64,000 bases of DNA from a virus. Made by a program: the position numbers and the translations under genes. Numbering within the stretch: position 1 is the stretch's first letter; the number at the start of each line of letters is the position of its first letter. Below, piece by piece: positions 20,249 through 30,000 of this stretch. The notes beneath the pieces are model-generated. The model was not told the origin of the DNA. It did no database searches and worked only from the letters and a program-made list of their open reading frames with translations. The stretch spans positions 6,972 through 70,971 of the IMG/VR virus record IMGVR_UViG_3300029266_001112; one strand, 5' to 3'.

Positions 20249-21273
20249 TTATCAAACCAACAGAATTGTGCAACTTTAAGTGTTCTTTTTGCTCTTCATC
20301 TAAGATCACTCAAGATGACGATACTGCTGTGCTTGATTTGAATAAAATATTTAAATTTCTAAAAAGATTCCCAGACACAAATACTATCATAGTCAATGGT
20401 GGTGATCCTTTGATGATGAAACCTAATTATTATTGGAGGTTGATAGAGTTTTTAGATAAACATAATATGCCAGCATCAATATCTCTGACAACCAATTTAT
20501 ATCCCTTTCTAATGAAACCAAAAAAATGGGTAGAACTCTTTAACCATCATAGAATTGGTGTTGGCACATCATTTCAATATGGTGGTGGTAGATTAAAGGG
20601 AGATTATAGCGAGTTCACTGAAGAAGATTTTTGGAAATGCTCAAATGCGATGTTAGAATATGTTGGATATAGACCCTCTTTCATTGCAGTTATTGTTGAA
20701 GAAAATGAAGACACTGTTATTAAGACGGTGGAACTAGCAAAGAAAATGGATGTGGTATGTAAAGTAAACTACGCAATGGCATCAGGATCACAATCTGCAC
20801 CCTATAGACTTTCAAAGATATATGAAAGATATATACAAATATGGAAAGCAGGTCTAAGTGATTGGGAACATAACACACAACAAATGCTGAATAGGTTAAG
20901 AAAAAAACCAACCATATGCCCTCAGTCGAGAAATTGCGATAGTGGTATTAGAAACATCCAACCAGAAGGTGATTACTATTCATGCGGTTCCTTTGGTGAT
21001 GACTTTGATAAACCGATAGATTTTGAGTATGAAATGAAAGGTGGGTTTTCGACACCACTCTCAGATGATTTCTATCTAAAGAGTCTTAAAAACTCATGTT
21101 ACACATGCCCAATGTTTGAAATTTGTAATGGATGTAAGAAAACTATAAAAGATTTAAAACAGCACAATATGGTAGAAGATCATTGCAAACATATGAAATC
21201 TATGGCAAGTGATATAATTTCATTAAATAGGATGGATACTAAAGTAACAGAATATGTGAGAGAGTATTCATGA
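20239..21273 (+). CDS. Radical SAM/SPASM-type enzyme (#3)
   Basis: IKPTELCNFKCSFC and NGGDP; C-terminal CPQSRNC..PEGDYYSCG..CYTCPMFEICNGC..C; GTG start. Confidence 0.92.
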   Translation: MDLIIKPTELCNFKCSFCSSSKITQDDDTAVLDLNKIFKFLKRFPDTNTIIVNGGDPLMMKPNYYWRLIEFLDKHNMPASISLTTNLYPFLMKPKKWVELFNHHRIGVGTSFQYGGGRLKGDYSEFTEEDFWKCSNAMLEYVGYRPSFIAVIVEENEDTVIKTVELAKKMDVVCKVNYAMASGSQSAPYRLSKIYERYIQIWKAGLSDWEHNTQQMLNRLRKKPTICPQSRNCDSGIRNIQPEGDYYSCGSFGDDFDKPIDFEYEMKGGFSTPLSDDFYLKSLKNSCYTCPMFEICNGCKKTIKDLKQHNMVEDHCKHMKSMASDIISLNRMDTKVTEYVREYS

Positions 21274-22202
21274 TAGTCTCAATCAACCCAACATATTTTT
21301 GTAATTTTAGGTGTAATTTTTGTTATCTTACACCAGAACAGTTGGGCGATCAAAAAAAGATTTCATTTGATAAACTAGATGAATTACTATCTCAAGTACC
21401 TAATGTTGAACATGTTGATTTGTATGGTGGAGAAATGGGGGCAGTGAAAAAGTCATATTTTTATGGTATCAAGGAAGTTATTCGAAAATACTATTCTGGT
21501 ACAATTAATATCAATACCAACTATTCTATGATGCACGATGGTTTCTTTGATGACGATGTTTATCTGTCTGTATCATATGACTTTAGTGCTAGAGAAAAAT
21601 CTAACTTAGTATTTCAAAATATGATGATGAGTCCAGCACCGATTGCGGTTCTTATTCTAGCATCACCTGAAGTTTTGAAAATGAATGTTAAAGAAATGAT
21701 TCAAATGTTGAATATGTGTGGTGCCGTGAAATCGGTAGAAATAAAACCATATTCTATCAACCAAGCAAACTCGTTTACTGTGACGCATTTGGATTTTGAA
21801 AAGTTTGTTATTCGTTGGATGGAACTGGAAGATCAAATGAACTTTCAGTTTGTAAATGGAGATAAGATAGAGGAGTCTTTTAATGGACTATACAATGCAT
21901 TTTCGGATGATCATGTTTACATTACTCCTAACGGCAAGTTTGGAGTATTGGAGTTTGATATACACGATAGAGAATACTTTCACGAATTGGATTCTTTCCA
22001 ATCTTATATAGAATGGACAGAAAAAGAAAAAAAAGATATGATAAGTCCTATTTGTACTTCATGCAAATATTTTGGTAATTGTTTAACAGAACATTATCGA
22101 TATGTCAAGGACTTAGATAATGGGTGTAACGGATATAAAGGACTATTGGATTGGTATGAAAAAATGGAGAACAGCATCACAAGTTTATCACCTACTTACT
22201 AG
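21270..22202 (+). CDS. Radical SAM enzyme with partial SPASM-like tail (#4)
   Basis: NPTYFCNFRCNFC and YGGE; C-terminal CTSCKYFGNC..GC; ATGA overlap with #3. Confidence 0.88.
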   Translation: MIVSINPTYFCNFRCNFCYLTPEQLGDQKKISFDKLDELLSQVPNVEHVDLYGGEMGAVKKSYFYGIKEVIRKYYSGTININTNYSMMHDGFFDDDVYLSVSYDFSAREKSNLVFQNMMMSPAPIAVLILASPEVLKMNVKEMIQMLNMCGAVKSVEIKPYSINQANSFTVTHLDFEKFVIRWMELEDQMNFQFVNGDKIEESFNGLYNAFSDDHVYITPNGKFGVLEFDIHDREYFHELDSFQSYIEWTEKEKKDMISPICTSCKYFGNCLTEHYRYVKDLDNGCNGYKGLLDWYEKMENSITSLSPTY

Positions 22203-22569
22203 GGAATATTCAGATGATTTGAATAAAATGGAAGTGACTTGGACTGAAGAAAATATCGTAAATGATGCAGTGCTACATTTCACTGAATATGTTGATGAGA
22301 CTATTAGACCAGCAAAATCATATTTTGTTGCAATTTGCTATGCCTATTGGTTATCACAAGACTTTGATGAAAACTTTTTTGAATTACTAAATGACCAATA
22401 TTTACTAGCAGAGAATGATCCACATTTTATTCAGTACCTATTAGATATTAAGACCTATGATGAAATATTAAAAAAGGTGAAATTCCCATTAGAAATGACA
22501 GGAATGGTGCCAGATGTTAGAAAATATTATGAAGATGAGTTTAAACTGGCATTGCAACCTTATAAATAA
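22156..22569 (+). CDS. Hypothetical protein, last gene of the rSAM cassette
   Basis: Open frame (PAKSYFVAICYAYWL); probable ATG at 22156. Confidence 0.6.
   Translation: MKKWRTASQVYHLLTREYSDDLNKMEVTWTEENIVNDAVLHFTEYVDETIRPAKSYFVAICYAYWLSQDFDENFFELLNDQYLLAENDPHFIQYLLDIKTYDEILKKVKFPLEMTGMVPDVRKYYEDEFKLALQPYK
22561..22568 (+). promoter_or_regulatory. T4-type late promoter resuming structural transcription
   Basis: TATAAATA at the 3' edge of the cassette, ~30 nt before ATG 22600. Confidence 0.85.
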
Positions 22570-22599
22570 ACATAAGCAACCTATAGCAAAGATGAGCAT

Positions 22600-23817
22600 A
22601 TGAGTAGAAAAATTACAGTAAACCTAACTGATAAAATAGAAACTTGGCGTAATGCAACAAACACTATGTCTGGGTATGTAGGTGAACCTGATAACCTCAC
22701 CACAACCAATAAGACAGACTTGGTTCAAGCAATCAATGAGATTAAAGCAGTTTCTGGATCAACCTATGTCACAACGGCATTAAGTCTTGTGGCAGGTGGT
22801 AATGGCAGTCATACAACATTATCTTATGATTCTAACAGTGGACTTTTTTCTTTCTCAAGTAATGCTATAGGACCATCTCATTTAACGGCATTACCCGCTA
22901 GTGTGATTACTAGTGGAACTTTTGCTGTAGGTAGAATCCCAAATTTATCAACAATAAAAATTACCAGTGGTACATTCAACAAATTGAGAATACCACAACT
23001 GCATGATTTGGACGGTCTCATAAAAGATTCTCAAGTTGGATTCACCACTTCAGATGTTCCAGAAGGTAGTCCAAATCTTTATTTTACAGATAGTAGGTCA
23101 AGGGGATCATTTACTACAGACAGTAACATTACTCTAGATTCACATGGTAAACTTGGTCTTATATTATCTGCTGCGACGATTGCAGGACTTAACGCATTTA
23201 CCCCATTGAGTGGCACTGGTATTACCGTTGGTAGTAATGATTCAATTAGTATCGGACAAGCAGTTGCGACAACTTCTAGTGTAACTTTCGCCGCTGTTGC
23301 AACTGGTTCTCTCACTTCAACTGGCGGTGTTATTGGCACAGGCGGAACATTTTCAGCGGCGGTGTCTGGTGCAACAATTGCTGGTGCTATGGTTGCTACT
23401 AATGCTCAAGCAGATGCTGGGACCGCAAGCAATTTAATTATGACTCCACTTCAAGTGAAAAGGCAAGTTACTGGAAAAAGAACAACAAAATACGAAAGTA
23501 CATTTGTTGCAATGGCAAATTCAAGTTTAATTCCTTTTGTGCATGGACTTGGTGTAGAACCAGATTTAATCTCTTATAGACTTAAATGTATTGCCGCAGA
23601 GGGGGGTTATTCTATAGGAGATGTCATTGATATCCATCCTAGTGCTGATGGACATGGCATAAATGAAGGTTTTGGTGCCACTATCAGTACTACAAACGTG
23701 GATATCAGAATATCAGTAAATGGTCCTGGACAGTATAATCAAAAAGGCAGTGGGAGTCATGTATTATTCACATCAGCAAGCTGGCAAATCCAAGTCAAAG
23801 CATTCGTAGTAGCATAG
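22600..23817 (+). CDS. Tail fibre-like protein, paralog of 10949-12160
   Basis: Homologous N-terminus (V.L...I..WR..TN....Y.G..DNL.T.....V.AIN.I), ITSGTF..RIP repeats and a TTSDVPEGSPNLYFT motif. Confidence 0.7.
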   Translation: MSRKITVNLTDKIETWRNATNTMSGYVGEPDNLTTTNKTDLVQAINEIKAVSGSTYVTTALSLVAGGNGSHTTLSYDSNSGLFSFSSNAIGPSHLTALPASVITSGTFAVGRIPNLSTIKITSGTFNKLRIPQLHDLDGLIKDSQVGFTTSDVPEGSPNLYFTDSRSRGSFTTDSNITLDSHGKLGLILSAATIAGLNAFTPLSGTGITVGSNDSISIGQAVATTSSVTFAAVATGSLTSTGGVIGTGGTFSAAVSGATIAGAMVATNAQADAGTASNLIMTPLQVKRQVTGKRTTKYESTFVAMANSSLIPFVHGLGVEPDLISYRLKCIAAEGGYSIGDVIDIHPSADGHGINEGFGATISTTNVDIRISVNGPGQYNQKGSGSHVLFTSASWQIQVKAFVVA

Positions 23818-23828
23818 AAAGATAAACA

Positions 23829-25085
23829 ATGGTTAAAATAGTAGACTTACCGATTGCCTCTATATCAGATTTAGATTCATCTCAAAATTATATGGTGGTA
23901 ACTGGAACCAATTTATCTGGCGGTTTTGCTACCGCAAGAGTATCATTGGCAACTGTTGGAAATTTTTATAATAATGTTGGTGCGTTGACATCTAGTGGTG
24001 TTCAAACACTTGTAGATTCAAACTATGTCTACAGTTTAATAAATAATTCTAGCGTAAATAATCTGACAAAACCAGTAACTTTGCCGTTTTCTTCAGTTAG
24101 TGCCAGACCAACTACATTAAGTGGATACGGTATTGTCAACGGTATCACTCAAAATACAATTAAGGATGAGGATAATTTAGGGTCAAATAGTGACTTGCAC
24201 GTTCCCACCCAACAGTCGGTTAAAGCATATGTTGACGCAAGTATTCTTACAAAAGATAATACTGATGAAATTACTGAAGGTTCGACAAATCTATATTATA
24301 CGCAAGCAAGATTTAACACCGCAATTGGTGCGAAGTCTACCACAGATTTAAGTGAAGGTACAAATCTTTATTATACGGATGGTAGAGGCGATAGCAATAT
24401 CACTGGTAAAGATTTAAGTATGGGCGCGAATAATATTACTACCACTGGAAATATTATTAGTGGAAAATCTCTCTATTCAAATATGTATGCGACAGAGGCA
24501 GCATTACCAGCAGCAGGAACATACCACGGTATGTTTGCTCATGTTCACGCCACAGGTAAAGGGTACTTTTCCCATGGTGGTCTTTGGCATAAACTTGTTG
24601 ACGAAACAAATTTAACAAGTCAAATTGACTCCGATTATGTAACTGCGCGATCAGCACCTGGAGTAGATTCTTCTACGATTATTAATAGTATTACTGATCC
24701 TAGATACCTTAGAAATAATAAAGGTGTTGGTACTATTGATAGTATGAACAGTAGTTTGCAAGTCGATGGTAGCATTACCACTAATGGTGATATTACAGCA
24801 TTTGCTTCTGCTTCAGAAAGATCACTGAAAGAAAATATTGAACGCATTGATAATGCACTTGATAAAGTTACATCACTTACAGGATACACTTTTACATATA
24901 AGGGGAACGAGGAAAAAGTTTCTGGTCTTATGGCAGATGAAGTTCAAGCAGTTCTTCCAGAAGTCGTGTATAATTTTGATGGAGATTTAAGAGCAATTCG
25001 TTATGGTAATATGATGGGTCTCGTTATAGAAGCAATAAAAGAACTAAGAGCAGATGTTGAAAATCTTAAAGAAAAGATTAAATAA
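23829..25085 (+). CDS. Tail fibre with C-terminal peptidase S74-type intramolecular chaperone
   Basis: GDITAFASASERSLKENI..NALDKV..LTGYTF..GLMADEVQAVLPEVV..YGNMMGLVIEAIKEL; EG(S)TNLYYT repeats. Confidence 0.85.
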   Translation: MVKIVDLPIASISDLDSSQNYMVVTGTNLSGGFATARVSLATVGNFYNNVGALTSSGVQTLVDSNYVYSLINNSSVNNLTKPVTLPFSSVSARPTTLSGYGIVNGITQNTIKDEDNLGSNSDLHVPTQQSVKAYVDASILTKDNTDEITEGSTNLYYTQARFNTAIGAKSTTDLSEGTNLYYTDGRGDSNITGKDLSMGANNITTTGNIISGKSLYSNMYATEAALPAAGTYHGMFAHVHATGKGYFSHGGLWHKLVDETNLTSQIDSDYVTARSAPGVDSSTIINSITDPRYLRNNKGVGTIDSMNSSLQVDGSITTNGDITAFASASERSLKENIERIDNALDKVTSLTGYTFTYKGNEEKVSGLMADEVQAVLPEVVYNFDGDLRAIRYGNMMGLVIEAIKELRADVENLKEKIK

Positions 25086-26390
25086 ATGCCCAGACGTTTT
25101 GTACCAAATACAAATTACCCGCATATAACTGCTGATTCTGCAATAAGTTTTTCAAACCTTCAAAGTCAGTTTGGTGGCACTCACCCTATATCTCTAGGTG
25201 AATTTTACAAAGGTGGCACCCTAATAAACGATTCTGATGGTTTATATCTTAAAGGAAGTTCTTATACTCCAGTTCCAGCATCTGGAAAAATATCTATGAC
25301 AGATATAGCAATAAGACCTTTTCATGATGAAGTTTATGTTAATGATGGTTCTGTGGAACAGCAAGTACATACCTTCGTCGTACCAGAAGGTGCTGGTTAT
25401 ACCAACATGAGAGTTATGATTCAAGGTGCTGGTGCAAGTGGTATGTCAGGATTTAAAAGAACAAATGGTTGGGGTTATAACAATAATAGAACCTATTATA
25501 GTCCTGCTGCTGGAGGTAACGGTGGTAACTTCGCCATAGCAAATGCAGTTGCAGTTACTGGTGGGGATGTGATCCAGATTGGTGTAGGTACTGCTGGTGT
25601 TGCACCAATTGGTTACATTACTAATGCTGGGAATGCTGGTGAAACTGGCGCACAAGGTGGCGGCGTTGGTAATGGTGATGATGCTGTAGGTTCGTATGTC
25701 CGAATTAATAATGTTTTTACACAATCAATGGCAGGTGCCAAAAGTGGGCAAGAAGGACAAAGTGCCCAAAAATGGTATGATACCCGTGACAACACACTGA
25801 GTGCGATATCGCAACCGCCAGTACCAGATACAGTTTCAAATACAGGATTTGATGTCATATATTTAGGTGGCAGAGGTGGGTTATCACATCAACAACAAGC
25901 ATATGCATTTTCACCATCACCCATTAGTCAATGGAGAACGCAGAATTTAGGTTTGACATCTAGCACTTTTGCGGCAGGAGGTGGCGCTGCTGCTGGGTAC
26001 GGCACTCCCTCAGACCCCTATGAGTTAAATGGTGAAGGATTTATAAACTCAACAAGTGCTGGAAATGCAGTTTATGCCACATGGATGACTAAACTTTATT
26101 CTGGTGTTGGTTATCATCCTGCAAATTGGGTTGGTGGATCAATGTCACAAGGTATTGGTGGTAGAGGTAATAATATTAGTCCAGATGGATCAAGAACTGG
26201 GTCCACAGCAATATATGGCGGTGGTGGTGGCGGTCTTGCAACTGGCGCTTCTGGTGGTGAGCAATCTGGCGGCGGTGCTTTTGTAAGATTAATGTTTTAT
26301 GACGCTAGAGCAGGTAATGGGCATTTGGACTCCGATGGGGTATCTCAAAGTGCAAAATACTTACTCACATCAACAACGCCTTGGGCATAA
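25086..26390 (+). CDS. Glycine-rich fibre-tip adhesin (gp38-like organisation)
   Basis: N-terminal AISFSNLQSQFGGTHPISLGEFYKGG, then polyglycine loops (GGGGGG, AGGGAAAG); directly after the S74 fibre. Confidence 0.65.
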   Translation: MPRRFVPNTNYPHITADSAISFSNLQSQFGGTHPISLGEFYKGGTLINDSDGLYLKGSSYTPVPASGKISMTDIAIRPFHDEVYVNDGSVEQQVHTFVVPEGAGYTNMRVMIQGAGASGMSGFKRTNGWGYNNNRTYYSPAAGGNGGNFAIANAVAVTGGDVIQIGVGTAGVAPIGYITNAGNAGETGAQGGGVGNGDDAVGSYVRINNVFTQSMAGAKSGQEGQSAQKWYDTRDNTLSAISQPPVPDTVSNTGFDVIYLGGRGGLSHQQQAYAFSPSPISQWRTQNLGLTSSTFAAGGGAAAGYGTPSDPYELNGEGFINSTSAGNAVYATWMTKLYSGVGYHPANWVGGSMSQGIGGRGNNISPDGSRTGSTAIYGGGGGGLATGASGGEQSGGGAFVRLMFYDARAGNGHLDSDGVSQSAKYLLTSTTPWA

Positions 26391-26408
26391 TAGAAATAAG
26401 GAAATAAC

Positions 26409-26795
26409 ATGGCACAATCTGAAGATATTATGGTTGATCAAGGTAGTGATGTAACTATTAGACTTGAATGTTTTAATACTGATGGCACTCAAAAAATATT
26501 TAAAAGAATTAATCCAGAAACTGGTGGAACAATTTCACCATTCACTGCTTCTGGGAAAATCAAGAAAAGTTTTTCTACAAGAGATTCAGACGCTATTCCT
26601 TTTGGAACTTCATTCTTAGACCTTCTGAATCCGCATGTGCTGCAACTCACACTTGGGAACACAGTAACCGATACGATGAAAGCAGGAAGATATGTTTATG
26701 ACGTTGAATTAAGCAGTATCGATTCCGCAACATCGACCACCATTATAGAGAGAATATTGCAAGGGACTCTTACAGTAAACCCTGGTGTTAGTTAG
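26409..26795 (+). CDS. Small virion structural protein (family common in T4-like marine phages)
   Basis: DQGSD..AGRYVYDVEL..RILQGTLTVNPGV. Confidence 0.7.
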   Translation: MAQSEDIMVDQGSDVTIRLECFNTDGTQKIFKRINPETGGTISPFTASGKIKKSFSTRDSDAIPFGTSFLDLLNPHVLQLTLGNTVTDTMKAGRYVYDVELSSIDSATSTTIIERILQGTLTVNPGVS

Positions 26796-26803
26796 GAAAT
26801 ATA

Positions 26804-27040
26804 ATGTCTAATACAGTAAAAATTATAGCATCAAATACTATAATAAAGAAAATAACCGTAGGTTCACCAGTTCCAACTGTAGCACAAATTGAAGTTGTTT
26901 CTGACATTGGAGAACTAAGAAACGTAACTGGAAATGCTACTATTCCTGGCGGTCTATTAATATTTAATTCAGGTTTGCAAAAATTTGAACCTAGTATTTT
27001 GTTAGATAAACAGACGATTGATGGTGGCGAGGGGTTTTGA
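26804..27040 (+). CDS. Small hypothetical virion-associated protein
   Basis: SD AGGA; IGELRNV..GGLLIFNS..KFEP..TIDGG. Confidence 0.6.
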   Translation: MSNTVKIIASNTIIKKITVGSPVPTVAQIEVVSDIGELRNVTGNATIPGGLLIFNSGLQKFEPSILLDKQTIDGGEGF

Positions 27041-27043
27041 TTG

Positions 27044-27051
27044 TATAAATA
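27044..27051 (+). promoter_or_regulatory. T4-type late promoter
   Basis: TATAAATA in the gap before the giant gene. Confidence 0.85.
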
Positions 27052-27087
27052 GTATAGAATTATAAAGTTAAGTAAGGTCCAGTTTTT

Positions 27088-30000
27088 ATGCCAGCAACAA
27101 TAAGAATAAAACGATCCTCCACCATCAATGTACCAGAGAACCTAAAAGTCGGAGAACTAGCATATTCTTATGCTGGAACCTCTGATGCTCTTTTTATCGG
27201 CATTGGTCCTGAAGTAGATGCTCAAGGAACAGCAACAAGAATTGCTAAAATTGGTGGTGAAGCAATAACTTCACTATTCCCAGACTCTGATGGGATTGCC
27301 CAAGGGGGTAGACTATTACAATTAGATAATGATATTGGATTAAATTATTTAAAACTCAAAAGTCTTGCTGGAGACTCTGGTAGTTTTAACAATCTAAGTA
27401 TTGATAGTGCTTATGTTCGCTTCTTCAATGCTGATAGTGCTGTCATAAAAGGACTTATTACAGATTCAGCACATATTATATTTTTGGAAGCAGATAGTGC
27501 CTATATTAACAATCTTCGTGTCGATTCCGCTTATGTTGCTTATGCAAATATCGACAGCGCAGACATTAGATTTGCAACACTTACGGAGGTAGACAGTGCC
27601 TATATTCATGATGCTTCTATCGACAGTGCTTATATACAATTTGCCGACATTGACAGCGCCCATATTGATAACGTCAGTATTGATAGTGCTTATGTACGTT
27701 ATCTTGATGTGGATAGCGCACACATTGACGATGTTTCTATCGATTCTGCTTACATCCAATTTATGGATGTTGATAGTGGGCATATTGATAATGTAACAAT
27801 AGATTCTGCCTATATTAAGTTTGCTGATATCGACTCAGCACACATTGATGATGTAACAATAGATTCTGCTTACATCCAATTTATGGATGTTGACAGCGGT
27901 CACATTGACAATGTTTCTATCGATTCCGCTTACATTAAGTTTGCTGATATCGACTCAGCACACATTGATGATGTTTCTATCGATTCTGCTTATATACAAT
28001 TTGCCGACATTGACAGCGGTCACATCGACAACGTAACAATAGATTCTGCTTACATTAAGTTTGCGGATATCGACTCAGCACACATTGATAATTTAGATGT
28101 GGATAGTGCATACATTGATTATGCAAAAATAGATAGTGCATATATTAGTCAACTGACTGTTGATAGTGCAACCATAACTAATGCAACAATTCCGACATCA
28201 TATCAAAACCTGATTACTGGTCCAGCAGAAATAGTTATTGATCCTTCTGGCATTGGTGATAATACTGGTCGAGTACTTATCAAAGGCGATTTACAGGTTG
28301 ATGGTGTTCAAACTATTATCAACTCAACTGTAGTTACGACAAACGATAAAAATATTCTTCTTGCCGATAGTGCTGTTGATAGTGCTGCTGCTGATGGCGC
28401 AGGCATTACAGTTTTCGGGAAAGAATTTAATTCTTCTGTTCACGGTAGAGGAAGTATTTACTATCAAGCAAGCGCAGCAGGATTCCAAGGGCAAGTCAGT
28501 CCAGCGCCAGGATTATGGAAAACAACTCTACCATTAGATATTTCTGGTGGATTAAACATTGCTGGAAAATTAACTGGTGTTACTAGTATTGACGCAGATA
28601 GTGCAAACTTAGTAAATCTTAGTGGCAAATATGTTGCTTATGATTCTGGTAGAATTGGTCAATTTACTGCTGACAGTGGATCAGTTATAGAACTTACTGG
28701 TGTAAGATCAGTTTATAATCTTGGTTATTTTGATAAAACTTTTGTCGATAGTTACTACATGAATGGTGCTTTTGATGGTGGTATTATTAGTACCATAACA
28801 GCACAAGGCAGACTTAAAAATGATGCAGATTTCGTAAGAAGTTCTGTAGCAAGTTGGACAAATGTAAACGGAACCCTAGATGGTATCCATCTTAATAAAG
28901 AAGTAATCAATGGTACACCTGCTGGTGCAGATTCTTCATACTATCATTTAAGTTTAACAAATGATGGTAAAATATTTGCGCGAGGTCTTAGAATTGGTGA
29001 GGATGTTGGTAGACCAACTGCACCTGTCGATCCCGCACAACTCGTATATAATACTCAATTGGGTAGAGGTCTTACTCACCCACATGCATTCTATGGCATA
29101 GAACTAAATGATTCACAATTTATTTCCACACTACAAACAAATAAAATCAAATCAGATTTCAGTGCAGATAGTGCAAAAATTGGTGGTGCCAATAGTATTT
29201 TCGATAGTGTAGGTTATCCTGGAACTTCCATTTTTTCGGTAGTAGGTGCTTTAGATAGTAACTTAGTTGAAATCATAAAAGATGGTTCTATTAATTTTCA
29301 AGGTGATCTTTATAACCAAGGGGTTAAGTATGTTGGTGCTGGTATTTTCAGCAAGATTTTTGAACCAACAGATTTTGAAGATGTTCATTTTACTCCAGTA
29401 AGAAAAACAGCAGCACAAGGTGACGCATTCCAAGTCGGTGGAAGAATGGGTATTAACACATCTAGACCTGCTCACGCATTTGACTTTAGAACTAATGATG
29501 GTATATTTCAAGTATCTGGTTTATTCAATTCTGGTGCGCCACATTACGCTTTACAATCCCCAGCAACAATTAATGCAATACCGTCAAGTTATCAAGTGTT
29601 TGGTGATACTGATAGTGACAAATCCAGAATGCTCTGGGATCCTGCCAAAGCAAGATTTAGAGCAGGATATTTCAATAGAGGTGCTATACTATCTACTGAA
29701 ATGGGTTTATATTCTACAGCATTTGGTAAAAATACCAAAGCAAAAGATTATGCTTTCGCTCAAGGTGATTCATCTGAGGCACTTTCGAGTTACAGTTTCG
29801 CATCTGGTTACAAATCTACGATTGACAATAATTCTCAATATGGTATTGCAATGGGTGCTGAAAACACCCTTGCAAATGCACAAAGTGGTATTGCTATTGG
29901 TCAACTGAACCAAGTTCTTGCTACTAAAGGTATCGGTATTGGTAAAAGTAACACAGGTATCGCACAAAATGCAATCGCAATCGGTGATAATCAAATTGCT

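Noticed and set aside
12224-22569. Cassette as a DNA-modification or cofactor (queuosine/7-deazaguanine, PQQ, MoCo) pathway
   Set aside because: No recognisable QueC/QueD/FolE/DpdA, PqqB/C or MoaC partners. SPASM-like tails plus a Cys/His-tailed protein fit protein modification better, though this is not proven.
12161-22600. Cassette as a transposon or integrative mobile element
   Set aside because: No integrase, transposase or homing endonuclease, and no terminal repeats were seen; its 3' edge carries a native late promoter.
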